The notes under the pieces were generated by a model that searched no databases, was not told where the DNA came from, and was given only the letters and a program-made list of their open reading frames with translations. A stretch of DNA of 64,000 nucleotides from Vezdaea acicularis (lineage: Eukaryota), in contig JAPEUI010000010.1 of the NCBI GenBank assembly GCA_026025075.1, forward strand, positions 62,001 through 126,000. The letters run 5' to 3'. Of the stretch, positions 1 to 13,316 are shown piece by piece. The stretch's first letter is position 1. Each line of letters opens with the position of its first letter. The position numbers and the translations under genes were made by a program.

Positions 1-2838
1 TCGTACGCCTGAGGCCCTCAGACAGGAGAGGCGCATCGGGTCGGCCAGACCGCTCGAAGGCGCTGGCTTCGATATACTCGAGCTTCGCTTTCCACTCGGC
101 GGTCTGTGCATTTGGAAAAGGGAGACCGACAATGACCACGCAACGTCCTAGCGAATCGCTGAAGTTGATGCCTTCGGACATTTTGCCGCCGATGACGGAG
201 AGGAGCATGGCGCCTTTATGGCTGGGGCTCAAGTCAACAGCACGTGCGTAGTCTTGCAGTGTCGTGTCTATCCCAGTGCTCTCTTTGCTTTCGGAGAAGA
301 TCAGTTTGCGAGAGCTAAGCTTTTCCCATATGGACTGTCTTTGCGCATGTTGCTTTTGCCATCGTTGGGTGACTTGTGCAAGGTAGGCATAGCTGGGGAA
401 GAAGATGACAAGGCCATCTGGGATGCAGCGGCATAATAGTAAGAGGGTGTTGCCTAGTTCGTCAATCTAACGTTGAAGTATCAGCTCAAGGGCTCTTTTG
501 CAATGGACGGGCTAGTTTTACCATGCTATCGGATGACCGATTCTGGAACGTAAAGTCAAATTCACGACCACTTTCGCCCTTCAAGACTGGGAATGCGATC
601 AAGTTCTCTGGCGGTATGACGTGACCACAGCTAAGAGTTTTAATCCGCGCTTTTGGGAGGTAAGAGAAAAGATGGTTGGTATAGTCCGCCATCTATATCA
701 CGAATCAGCACAGCACACAAAGCTTAGACAGATGTTCTTACCGGTGACATTGTTCCACCCGCAAGGATGACAGCCCTTGCTTCATCTACTATCTCCTTGA
801 AGTGCTGGGTGGGGTCAAGTAACATATACCGTAATGAAATACCCTTTTCTTCGTCCTTGGAGAAGAAGAAGCGACCTTCCGCTGAAGGGTTTGTCAACGC
901 AAAGAGGAACGACTGGATCTGCATTAGGACCGGCACGGTAGCTTCAAGCCTCTTTGTTGCTGCGCCTTGAGTACCCTTATTTTCGGCGCTTCCATTTCCT
1001 TGCTCGGGAAACATCTTGGATTCGCTGTGGATAATGTAACCTTCTACTTTCCGGGCAAGCTTGCTCTCTTGGAGGTAGACAAGTAACTTGTACAAGTTGA
1101 TCTGGTCTACGCCCTTGCCAGCCATGAGGTCCCCAACACTGACGATCCCGTCAGCTGCTCGAGAGTCGGCCATTGTCTGTAAATAGCTAGCTAACGAGTC
1201 TAGCAAGCGGACAGTTTGCGTCACATATACCCTGTTCTTTCCCTTGAGTTTGTTGCGGAACTTTTGAAGGTACACTCCAATTTGGGCTCTAGACCGTTTT
1301 AGTTGCTCGAGGGATACACTTGCAGAATAGATGCCGCTGATAGCGTCCATAAGGTTGTGAGCTTCATCAATGATGACGACGTGCCCTTTCAGCGAAAGGT
1401 TTAGGGCTTCTCTAGCGGATTTCTGTAGAAGGAGAGGGTATGGTAATGTGACAATCTGAGACCTTGTCAGCGTGTATCCATGTAATTCCTGCGCCTCACT
1501 GACCTCCGAGGGTTTGATAGTGGGCCTCGATGCGTAATAGGGGCATATTCCGAGCTTCTTTCCTAGCACCCCTAGCTCCTCGATATCCCGTATCTTTGCA
1601 AGAGTGTGATCACGGAACTCATTGACAAGTGTCTCATTTTCTTTATTTGGAAGTTGTGGGCACTTCTGATCAGTAGGGGTCCCTATCCAGGTATTAGACT
1701 CGTTAGGGAACGTTGAAAATCTGAAAACTCGCCAGGCCGTTGGAGTTCTAAGCACCGCTCATTTATAGCTACCGCACTACCCAGTTTGGCAACTTTGGGG
1801 TTGATGCATAACGTCTTTCGTGAAGCTAGAGTCAGGTGCTTGATCTCCTCTTCGACTGTGTCTTCTTTTATTTCCCATGAAGTCAATCCAGGGGAAAAGG
1901 AAGGAGGAAGCTTGACGCGGCGGAGCTCATCCACAAATTGTATTAATTGTGAATGCGTTCTGGAGCAGTAAAAGATCTTAGTCTCCTCCTCGAACTCCTC
2001 TATCTCTTCATTCGAACCCAAGGTATCGATTCCAAGTCTACTTTATGTTAATGATATTTTAAAGACTGGCAGCAGGTGACAGATTTACTTTTTCATTAAG
2101 GCCTGCGTCGCGGCCGAAAGACCGTCAACTCCTAAGGCTTGCTTCTTTTGCGCATCTTCAGCATCACTCTCGTAGTCTTCGAGCAGGTATTGTGTCTCGT
2201 CTCCTTCTGCCCCTGAACTAGATTCACGCGCATCCTCTTTCTACAAGAATCAGCCAAGTTCCACTAAAGAGGACATTTAATTAACCCTCTTTTTGAACGA
2301 ATGAGCTACAGTCTTGAACTGTTCTTTCTGACGCTTTTCTTGTGCTCTGATCTTCGCTAATCGTTCTTCAAGCTTTTCTTTCTCTTGGTGTAGCTCCCTG
2401 CGCTTCTGCTCACGTGCATGCTCAAGCATCCACGCTGGCTCATTTGGATCTGCAATAAAGTTAGCTCATGCATTATGACCTCAGATTCAGCAGTATCACC
2501 GTCGATGCCATCTTCAATGCGATCGCTAATGAGTTTTGCTTTATATTCTCGCAACCATGTCAGAGATCCGCATATGAGACTTAGAGATTTACCCTTTACC
2601 CGCATTAGCTGCGTACCCTTCAGCGGATTTCAGAAATGGCCCTTACAGTGCCTACTACGTTGTGAGTGCTTCAATCATGTTGTACGCGTTCTTAGGTTGG
2701 TGTACCTGTAGGCGACTCAAATATGCCAACCTTTTCGTCTTCAATACACTCATAAACTTCCCTCATGAATTGCTTCTGAATCTCATACGGAGAATACGGA
2801 TGGTGAAAGTCTCTTTCATCCACTTTAGGATTATCCAT
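1..2838 (-). CDS. CHL1: ATP-dependent DNA helicase Chl1/DDX11 (XPD family), multi-exon, 3' end runs off the window
   Basis: Exon 1 [25 protein letters not shown]...IFESPT; Walker A SPTGTGKS after splicing; [42 protein letters not shown]-like and SEGINF motifs. Confidence 0.95.
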
Positions 2839-3169
2839 TGTAGGTTCAAAACTGTGCTATTGTGCATTTTGGTCGCGTTTGCGCGAGCTAATTGCATTTA
2901 AAATGAACGTATATTCGCTTTTCTCGCCTATTTGGCCGGCGAGTTCTGTGTGATGGAGTGGTTAAATAACTGAGCTAAAAAGGTAAAACAGGTTCCGTAG
3001 AAGACAGCAATCACGATATTTACAGTGTCCATTTATCCGCATTTTGACTATCACCCTTCTATGGCCGTTGAGCTCTTCCCGCTCTCAAGGCCTGATGCAT
3101 TGATAGGACAGTGAAATATAAAGATACGTCGCTGAGCAAAAGAAACGACCGGCGTATGCAAGCAACCCA

Positions 3170-6100
3170 TTATTTTCCATATAACCTCAATCCACTCGCT
3201 GGTCCGCCAACTTCTGCCACCTCACATACTGCACAGAGAGTCCCTTTATACGTTGAATGATATTTTGTACCATCGAACGGGCAAGCCACAACAGGGGATC
3301 CGCCATATATTGGTGTCAAAGACCCAGCGCAGATATCAAAGTCAGCAAACTGGTCATATTCCACGTCAATCTTGTCATTAGGAGATCTTTCGCATCGAGT
3401 CTTGATTTTTCGCGCCTGGAATTATTATATTAGTCATCTGTCAAAGGTGAGGGAGCCATGATGAGACTTACGCTCTCCAACATTTTCGCACCAATTCCAT
3501 TGGCTAGCATTCGATTCGCAAAGCTTAGAGCCGACTTATAATTCTCTCTCCTCAACGCAATATTCATCGCAGACAACAGCGCTAGCTGTCGGTGCTTGAC
3601 CTCAAGCTTCGGAATCGTGAAGTAAGCCGAGAGCTCGAGGATCTTTTTGGTGTTTGACTCGTCGTCTTGATTCAGAGAACGACGTTTGAGCTCTATCGAC
3701 AAAGCGAGCACATACTCGGCCGCAGTGTGGATTACTCTCTTGGCCTAGGCCATTTTAGTACCGCAATTTAGGAGATGGAAAGATCGGCTTACTTCTTCAA
3801 CTTCTTGTTGACTGGAGACTACATTAATCAAGACATTGTATAGGACATCTTTGAAGACTTTCAAGCTCTCTTCTAATTTTGCATTTGCCATGAGCGAGTA
3901 CCCCGACTGCAAGGACACGCTGACAATAGTTTCCAGATCGAGAGGGATTTTGGGCAGCACCTTCCTTGAATCTGTCTCATCAAGTGTTCGCCGAACATAA
4001 TTGATCAGTGGAGGAAGTCCGGAGCTTGCAGGTAAGTAAGTCTTCGATGCTTGGTGGATGGCTAAAAACCGGGGCTTCAGAGGTCGAAAGTTGACAGCAC
4101 CAATCTGCCGGTTGAGAAGTTGCATTGCAGATTCGAAGGAGCCACCAGCGACGTGATCCGCTGCAAGGGGAGAGTTTCGAGCCCAGAGCTCTGCCTCAGA
4201 GCTTCCTGCCCCTGCATCAGCGCTATCGACATTCACGAAGTCGCTCTCAACTTCGATATTAATGTCGTCGCCCATGTCCCATCCGGCAACGTCTTCTTCG
4301 TCTTCTTCGCCTAGGTGACCATTCCTCGCAAGGCCATTTTCTTCGCCAACTTCTTCGTAGTCGAGACCATTCGCTGCTGACGCGGGATCTTCTGTGGCGC
4401 CTTCAACTTGTCCCATCAAAACTTTCTCGAAGTAGGAGTGCGAAGCAGCCTTAACAGGCCAATTGGCCTTGAATGACGGTACAATTGGTCGGGGCGCTTC
4501 CAAGGGAGAACCCAGACTTGGTAATTTTATCTGACCCTGAGAAAGTTCTGTTGCCTCTAACATCGATTCGCACTCTTCAGTCAGTCCGTGGGCTTGTGCA
4601 CTCATATAAGCGAGGGGATCTGCAAGAATTAGTGGACGGTCGTTAAGCGGTACGATAATGGAGGGCGTGCATACATAAGTCAAGCTCCTTGAACATCTGA
4701 ATTCGATTATCTACGTCTCCAAGGAATAGTGCGTTCTGGAATCTCGCGGTGAAGTCCCCACGGTGCTCTGCAATCTTGGCCATGCGTGTAAGCTTTTCCG
4801 AGTCGCCAGTGACAAGATATAGGAATGACAGCTTATCGAAGCTTCGTAGCTTCTGGTAGGTCATCTCTACTATCTGATGGTTCCCGTGAGCCAAGGCCTC
4901 AGTGCCTAAGCGTGTCCAAAGCTTGGGTCGGTCAAGCTGCTTAGCCATTTCGACAGCCACGTCAAGATTGCCACACTCTATTGCAAGCTCAAAGCGGGTC
5001 TGGGGATCTTGGACGAACTGAAGTGCAATTTCGGGGTAACCTTTCTTTTGTAGGTACGATATTATGCTTTGCCCCACTAAACTAGAATTCTTTATGATCT
5101 GGAGCATTTCTTCGTAATTCCGTTTGACGAGAGCAAGTTTGAAGCGATATTCCGTAGGATCAATGTTAAGGATCTTGGGCTTTGCCGCTCTGTCGAGGCA
5201 GTAAATGCTACGAGCTTTCACTTTGACAAGATAGACTGTCTGATCAAGTGTACGCACAATGCCGTTATCACTATTTGACATCAGTAACTGAATATCAAGG
5301 ACTCGAAATTCACTTACCCGTTCAATAGGGTGTATTTTACGTGGTTGAGGGTTGAGTAAAGTAGAACACCAGCATCGTCCCAAGTAGCGCTTTTTATCCT
5401 AATTGTCTCATGTAAAGTGCTGATCTGTTCTAAGGACTTGTTCACTATGGTGACATTGTGCTTGCTCAGAAGTGCTGCATACAGACCATCAGAAGACCAA
5501 ACCACATATTTCACGCCTGCTACGGTGAGTTCTGCTAGTTGCTTTTTTTGTTGTATGTCATAGAGGAAAACAGTAGTCGGAGTGATTAGAAGGAGGCTAC
5601 CAGCGCCGCCAAAATATATATCAGTAGTCCCTAGCGGTGGCTTGAAGGACTTAGTGGTAGAGTTGGAAAGATCCCTGATATCGATCTTCTGACCAGGCTG
5701 GTCGAAGACAGCAAAGCGATTACGAGCGACAAATACAGCAGACGTGCCTTGGCCTCTCCTAGTGTCGGTCGGTTCAACAGCACCGGAGGCGTCTCGAGGT
5801 AAGTGTATAAATTCATACGTCCCACCGTCTGCTGGCGAAGTAACAAGGATTGCCCGTTCGGCGGGATTGTACGAGATCGTTCGGGGTGGAACCCAGGCAC
5901 TTCCAAACTTCTTAAGTGACAACATTGAAGGTGATTCCACATTCCTCTGGAAGTCATATGACCGTACATTCTTGTCTTTCGTGATGAAAAACAACTGGCT
6001 CTGGTGCACTGTGGATGCAGGCCGCTCTCTTTCTAGCTTGAATACCATCACGCCATTGTCGTGTCCCGCCGCAAATAGGTTGATCTCAGGATGCGCCGCA

Positions 6101-7194
6101 ATAACCCAGAATCGATCGTTCTCGCGCTTGAAGGTTTGGACAGGTGTACGCTTATTCAAATCCCAGACTCGGATTGTCTTGTCCTCGCCGACGGACAGGA
6201 TAAGATCCTGATGTGGGTGGAATAAACAGGCCGAAGAGTTCTGGAAATGTCCACGGCAAGTATCAACCTCCCAAGCTTTAGTCTCGCTCATCCTCCATAA
6301 TTTGACAAGCCGGTCATCTCCTGCTGAAACAATGAGCGGAAGCGTAGGATGAAAGGACACCCAATTGACGCCTCTATCGTGCCCTTCTAAGACAAACTTC
6401 ACCACGGCATCTGTATTGCCAAACATATCGGCTTGGTTGGCATTTGCTCGGGCCATTTGGTCCTCAAAAGTATTGGAGCTTGGAGCGGAATGTTTCTTGC
6501 GAAGACCTGATATATCCCATACCCTTACTGACTGATCCAACGATGCCGATACAATGAGGTCGTCCTTGGGGTGAAACTGAGCACACATAGTATAGTGATT
6601 ATGTCCAGTCATAGTGCATACTGAATGTATTTGTTAGTAAGGCGGCTCTACTCTTACTTGCTCAAGGGGCACCAGCGTACTTAAAGATCGATTTTGCCAA
6701 TTCCATATTCTAATCGTTTGATCGTCCGAGCTCGAGACTATCCATGGCAACTCGTGGTGAAAGAAAACTGTACGCACGTAGTCTAGATGACCATTGAGAG
6801 TAAATAGACATCTTCGGCTTTGATATGACCAGACTTTGATTTTATAATCGTCTCCGCCAGAAACAAATAATGGCTGAGTCTTATGGAAGTCTATACCGCG
6901 GACGGGCCCGTCATGCTCCTCAAACCGATCAATAAGGGTGCCCATCCGGTAATCCCATAGCTGTATTGTTGACGAATGTAGCGAAACTAGAATCCATGGT
7001 CTGTGCAAGTAATAAGTTTAGGGCAAGAAGTGAGTATGAGAGAGTTGATGCTGACCTTTTCGGGTGAAAGGCAATTCCTTTAGCTCTGGAAGACTTGGAC
7101 TCAAACTATGGCAATTTTTTGGGTTAGCCATTGCGAAAGCTGGGTGTTTCCAACTGAAAGCTACCTTTGTGAGCATCTTTGGGGATGCCTGCAT
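3170..7194 (-). CDS. COP1: Coatomer subunit alpha (alpha-COP), multi-exon
   Basis: [31 protein letters not shown]..., WD40 repeats ([14 protein letters not shown]), [10 protein letters not shown]-terminal [12 protein letters not shown]...CPFDG...GLRL. Confidence 0.97.
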
Positions 7195-7718
7195 AGTGAA
7201 TATTGAATGGCCTAAGGCCCAGCTCCCCACTATGAAGAAATCGTAATTTCAATGATTGAGTGGCAGCGCACTGCCCAGACACATACGCCAATATCAAAGG
7301 GAAAATCAAAAGGATCACGACCGAGAATCTGCCTCGTCGAGAATTGAAGGTCCCGTGAATTGATTGGCGGCCTGGTTGTGCGCGATGCTACGCTATCCTT
7401 TTCGGTGATTGTGTTCTTTAGCGAGGGGAACATGTGACCCTAAACCGCATCTTGCCGGCGCTACATCTAGCACGTACTTGAGCATAATTTTATAAAGCTT
7501 GGAAGTGTCTCGTTCTCCGTAAAAACTGATATTCTCGCATCGCTCCTTCATAAATTGTCGGACCTGGTTCGTCTAAACCTTCTGCCTTCGCCATAATCTT
7601 GAAAGGTACCGGGCGTCGGTACCATTAGTTCACAGGAAGAGTAAGAGGCAAGAGTCACATTTTCACAGCAAATTTGCACCCTTTCTACAAGACCCCGCCT
7701 TTTTCGCACAACTTCAAG

Positions 7719-8776
7719 ATGTCTTCCCCAGAAGATAGAGGAATTAAAAGATCTAGTAATTAGCCCCTCCATCCCGTTATCTATTTCCCTCTTGCCGCGC
7801 GAGCTCTGTTTACCGTTCATGCTTCTGCTCGCTTTTCAGGACAATACCCCGCACCAAAGGCTTTTCAACCAAGCTTCGTGCCCCCTCGCGACATCGATTC
7901 AACATTTGAAGATCCGTCGCTGCTCCCTATTCCTGCCGATCCCCTCGCCATGTCTACCGGCAACCTCTCTTACTCCAAAATAGGAACACAGTCATGTCCA
8001 CCGCCCCCGCTTCCACAGCTTGTCGCCGAGCAAAAAGTCCCGATTCTAGCGACCGACAAAGATACGCAAAGGCTGATCGTCGTTTTATCAAATGCCAGTC
8101 TTGAGACGTATAAGGCGTCTTTCGGCTCTTCAAGGAATGGCGGCCGTGACGAAAAGTTCTCACTGCTGAATAGCGACGAGCACATTGGTGTCATGAGGAA
8201 GATGAACAGAGACATCAGTGATGCTCGACCAGATATTACTCATCAGGTCCAAAAGAACATCTCATTACGTGGTATGAGAAAGTACTAACTACTAGGTAGT
8301 GCCTCCTGACTCTTCTCGACTCTCCAATCAATAAAGCGGGCAAGCTCCAAATTTACATCCACACTGCCAGAGGCGTTCTGATCGAAGTGAGCCCAACGGT
8401 CCGTATACCTCGTACATTCAAGCGCTTTGCAGGCCTCATGGTTCAATTGTTACACCGACTCTCCATTCGATCAACCAACTCGCAGGAAAAGCTCTTGAAG
8501 GTCATCAAAAATCCGATAACTGACCACCTACCTCCAAATTGTCGGAAAGTTACCCTGAGCTATGATGCTGATATCGTACGCGTCAGTGACTACATAGCAG
8601 ACTTAGGCACTAAGCAAAGCGTCTGTGTCTTTGTAGGAGCAATGGCAAAGGGTAACGATGATTTTGCAGATCAATTTGTTGACGACAAGATTAGCATTAG
8701 TAACTACAGCTTAAGTGCGAGCGTTGCTTGCAGTAAGTTTTGTCACGCCGCAGAGGATGTGTGGAACATCATATAG
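7719..8776 (+). CDS. EMG1: 18S rRNA pseudouridine-N1 methyltransferase Emg1/Nep1 (SPOUT)
   Basis: Inferred exon 1 [12 protein letters not shown] (donor gtaatt 7756), then [14 protein letters not shown]...[67 protein letters not shown]. The start exon is inferred. Confidence 0.95.
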
Positions 8777-9755
8777 TCTCTTTGTGTCAAGATCAGAACG
8801 AAAGAGTCCATACGCCGCCCGTCGCGTTTATGATCCGCGTTGTCTCGCAATCGCAGAACACCAATAGCGGGTGGTTGAAGGATTAATAGGCGATTGTTCT
8901 TTACGAAAAATCTGGGCTACGAGGGTTACGATCACAACATCACGCTCCGAGTGGCTTCAGTGTTCGCGTTGGGTGTCTGTGGCTCTGTCTTCTGTTTTTA
9001 CAACCAAAACATATGGGCGTTTCAACAGACTCAAGGCGCTTTCTGTCTTCTGTGGAGCATATCAACTTGCTGCACAACTTTCCTTCCTCTCTCGCTTGAA
9101 TGTGTGCTGACGGCCCTATATGGGCCTGCCGATTGTTGCTGGGAGAAGCTATCAAAGGATCTTGTGGCCGTTCGGGAGGACTGATTGAGTAATTGCTTGC
9201 GCGGCAGGCTGGTGGAGAATGGTCAAGGTTGGACGGCTTTGCAAAGCTTGATCAATGGCTTGCCAGCAATATTCCAGCATAGGGCATAGTCATTGCACTA
9301 ATGCTGAGCTAGGGCTTCCAAGTAGTTAGGGTGTACTCCCAATGGGGCGGGATTTCGGTCTATAGTTGGCGGCTTCCTCACTTTAGCTACGACCAACTTC
9401 ACTTTGGACGAATCAAGGGTCTCGGTCATTATGAACGAGAGTTGCGCTCTATGCTAATATCTCCATTATGTATCAACATATGAAAGTTGCTCGCTTAGAG
9501 CTTTACCGCCATCCGCTGAGTAGTCTCCTAGCGTTGGCGGTATAAAGTTGTAGTAATGCAAAAAGGGCTGAAGGCACGTCCATCCTTTTGGTGTGCGCGC
9601 TTTGCCATGGCCCACGAACTGCGAGTAGTGGGGAAGGGAGGGGGGGAGGGGGCCGCGAGGTATGGAGAAAGTATGTGTAAAGACAAGGTACGAATGACGG
9701 CCATTTGGGCACAGTCCTTGATGGGCCCATTCAACCGGATACGTCTAACAGCAGT

Positions 9756-11834
9756 TCACATCCCTTCAAACTCTCCTCCTGCGTCGTCTTCGTCCAAGTC
9801 GCCGTCTTGAATCTCCTTTGCTAATTCCCTTTCCCGTTCCCGCGCCTCCTGAGCGTTCTTTAGTTCGAGACGATGTTGATTCATTGGGAACCTCATTGCC
9901 TATAATATCAGAGTTAGAAATTGAACAATGATCAGCCGTTGGCGAACGTTACCTTCACACTCTCATCGTGCAGACCCAGACAGGCCTGGATTCTCTCATG
10001 GAACGCTTCGCCAGGCTCTCTAGTAGCATATACATCACCCATTTCCTTGCTCTTCATGAAGCCATGCTCATGATCTAAAGTCGCTTCAATGACTCCATCT
10101 CTGATAGCCTTTGCCACAATATATTCTGCTGACTGCTCACTGCTTAGGCCTAGTCGCATACATATATCTCGAAGGGAGATCCGTGAATATGAAAGTGACA
10201 TCATGCGAATCCCTGTCCGAATGACGTTCTGTCGGAGACGTTGAATGAGGGTGTAAGTCCCGTCGCGATAGAAAGTAGTGCTATGTGTCTGCACCGTGCT
10301 AGTGAAAGCCTCTAGATCTCCAACGCGAACTGCCTGGACCAAGAGGAAATAAGGCTTGAGTGCTCGCTCTAAGCTTGGTTGTCGGAAGATTGCACGGTCT
10401 GGTATGTCCCCCATCAGAAGCTCGACAACGATTAGTAGTTTCATAGAAGCTTGATAAAACCCAGCGGCGCTAGGCGTTGAAGGCGATTTCCGCGTAGCAC
10501 TTGTCAAATGCTCCTGAGCTTCAGTATACTCCAGTTGAATCGCGCGAATGCGTCCGAGATAGTACAGATATCGCGCTACTTGATTGTTGGATGCTGCGGC
10601 AGGGAAATCGGTATGTTTAACAAGGAGATCGGCTTGAGCAATATGAGACGTCAAGAGGTAGTTGCGAAGCAGAAGAGTGATTGCAGTGGCCTGTGTATCG
10701 GGATCTTTGCGCAAAACGGCTGTTCTGAGAGCCGAAAGAAGTTCCTGGCGTATAGAGACAAGGGGTGAGATTGGGGATGGTGGAAAAGGTGCCAGGTGCT
10801 CATAAAAGAGCGAATAGTAGAAGTAAGCTCGAGCGGATAGGCTGTCCAGCGTACGGCGATTCAAAGAGTGTATTTCCTGCACGAGTTTAGTTGAGAATCT
10901 GGCCCCTACTTGGTAAGCTTTTGAATCAAGCAGGTGAATCTGCACCAAGATAGATAGATAAACGTCGACTTCTGGTAAGAGCTCTTTTGATATAGTGATT
11001 GGTTTGATTGAGGTTGACGATGATTTACCCTCCGTATCAACATCCATTCCAGAGTCTGACGCCGTTTTGTTGAAGGTAGTGTGTTCTTGTCCAATTGTGG
11101 CCAAAAGATGTTTCGCGGTAGCATTTGTCGAAGGGTAAGATTCAGTGATAACTCGGGCTATGACCTCGGGCGTCAATTGCTTCCGCATGGAAGATATAGA
11201 TCGTAGTACTCGAAGGGAGAATCGAGCATCGAATTGGGCAACCGCCCGTTCCAAGAGCGGGAAGTTTGCCTTGATGTCTAAATGGAAATACTATTAGTAC
11301 GAGTAATACGCTTCCCAGCTTGATTAACATACCAGATACAGCCTTTGTCACTGGATCAGTCTTTTCTACTTCTGCCTCTCCATCCTTCGTCTCCTCAGCA
11401 CCGTTCATCACTGCATCTCCGTATTCATCTATGCTACCCTCGGCGGTCAGCTTTGAGCCTTTTGAGGGAGGAACGACGACAGTCATCTCGTCGTCGCCCT
11501 CTTTATCTTTTCGTGATTTGCCCTTTGATGGAACGGTCACCTCGTCGTCAGCCATCTCCACATCTTCCGTTGTCCCATTTGAGACTACACCATTCTCGAC
11601 TGGTTCAGTGCCGTTGGGCTGCCCTTTCGATTTATCGTCGCTCATATCTTTTGGCACTGAGTTTGGCGTCACCTTCTTTCCTGTAGTAGATTTTGATCTC
11701 GCAGAAGCGGTTCGTGCCGGTTGGGCTCTGGCTTGTGAACTTGCTGTGGGTGCTTGAGAGCTGGACTTTGGCTTTTCGCCGTTTGTGGATGATGAGTCAG
11801 GTTTACTTGATCTTAGAGACCTTTTGTCGACCAT
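9756..11834 (-). CDS. RPN3: 26S proteasome lid subunit Rpn3 (PCI domain)
   Basis: NRRTLDSLSA, ARYLYYLGRIRAIQLEY, RLRQNVIRTGIRMMSLSYSRISL, last exon AMRFPMNQHRLELKNAQEARERE...FEGM*. Confidence 0.96.
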
Positions 11835-12405
11835 GTTGTAAATCGTAAGAGCTATGCTCTAGGCAGGAACACGCAAGCGAGTGTTGACTAAGTTGGACGT
11901 AATGACTCTCCACCTAGCAAAGAGAAAAAAAGTGAGTGACGGGCACGCCGGACAGTCAGAGGTCAGGCGTTATTGCGATGGCTTGATGGGGCTTTGATGG
12001 GGCAGTGATGTGGTGATGTCGAGGTTATGAAGGGAGGTTTCGGAGAAAGGAGCGCTTCGGGTTCGCCTGAGGCAAGAGCCGCGTTTGGTCATCAACATTC
12101 GCTAGGGAAATTCAGGTGCTAATTAAGGCTAGATGATGGAGACCATCTCCATCTGTAAACACGTAGAAAGTGGATCTTGACTGATCCCTCTGAAGCTGAG
12201 ACCTTTGAAAAGGACGAATTACCCTCTGGTCAGACCGTCGATCATAGATCGAGCTGTGCCAGGTGGCCATCAAAGAAAATCGTGACCACGTGAGTCGCCT
12301 TGGCAATCTGAATTTAGCGAGACGGTACTGACGCGCTCGTGATGCGATAAACAGTGATCCAGGCGGCATACTACGTTCTTAGCTTGGTCTGTTCCATTCT
12401 GCGCG

Positions 12406-13316
12406 ATGACTTTGCTCGATCGTCACTTGGAGCAGATTGAGCTCTCTGCCGCAGCTATCTCTGAATTATCGTAAGTTCCTTCGCCGCTTACATGCTTGTG
12501 CTAACACGAAATGAATAAAGGTTTCCCCCCGCCAAGATCTTCACAAATGCGTTACTACACCAGCACGATATCACGACGTTAATTCGAGACACCGAGCTGC
12601 ACGAGAGGGCATTGTTCTCAGTTCCTGCTCCACCCGCACCTTTGACCGCAAAAGATCCCTCTGCCAATTCGAATAGGCGAAACACTGCCTTCCATACAAA
12701 TGGAAACGACGTTGCTGGAGGCGTGATTGGCGGTGGAGGCGCGAATGCTGTAAGAGCACCCCGAAGAAATACGGCCGTGGCGGCCGTGCTCGGAGGTGAT
12801 ATGGTCGAGCGAATAAGGAGGGGCGGGGGTGGGGGGGTTGGAACGGGGGTTGGCTACGGCGGAAGCGAGGCTCGCGAGAGAGGAGATGTGGATGTGGAGG
12901 TGCTTTTGAAAGGCGCCGAAAAGCTATGTGGGGTTTAGTATGTTGATCTGAAGATGGTCAACTCATCGTCTAGGGAGCAAGAGCTGACCAAACACAGTCC
13001 GATCCCTGGAGCAGCAGAGAAAATCTCGTCCTTACGCAACCGATACGCCCAGTTATCTTCATCTATCGACCACTACGATGAAAGGGTAAGAAGGCAAGCT
13101 ACACAGCTTGAGAAAATGAGTCGACCCCATGAATTTGGTGACCTGGATGATGAAGGAGAAATGTCTACGGAGGATCAGGATGAAGAGGAGCTAGAAATAA
13201 CAGAAGAAGATCTGCGTAGAGAGGAAGACGAGGTTCGCGAGCTAGAAAAGAAGAAAAAGGCATTGGAAGATCGGGTTAACGGCATGGAAAAGGATCTAGG
13301 CGGACTGCTTCGATGA
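12406..13316 (+). CDS. SPC34: DASH/Dam1 kinetochore complex subunit Spc34
   Basis: MTLLDRHLEQIELSAAAISELS|FPPAKIFTNALLHQHDITTLIRDTELHERALF...DVEVLLKGAEKLCGV|PIPGA..., coiled-coil C-terminus MEKDLGGLLR; introns 12471-12520 and about 12939-12997. Confidence 0.85.

Noticed and set aside
8815..8890. Short sense matches to 18S rRNA (CCGCCCGTCGC, GATTAATAGG) behind EMG1
   Set aside because: Matches of 10-11 nt are expected by chance and are sense, so they are not snoRNA guides.
9325..9332. GTTAGGGT as a telomerase template on the minus strand
   Set aside because: Only 8 nt, the spacer is under 1 kb, and the visible structure favours the other strand.
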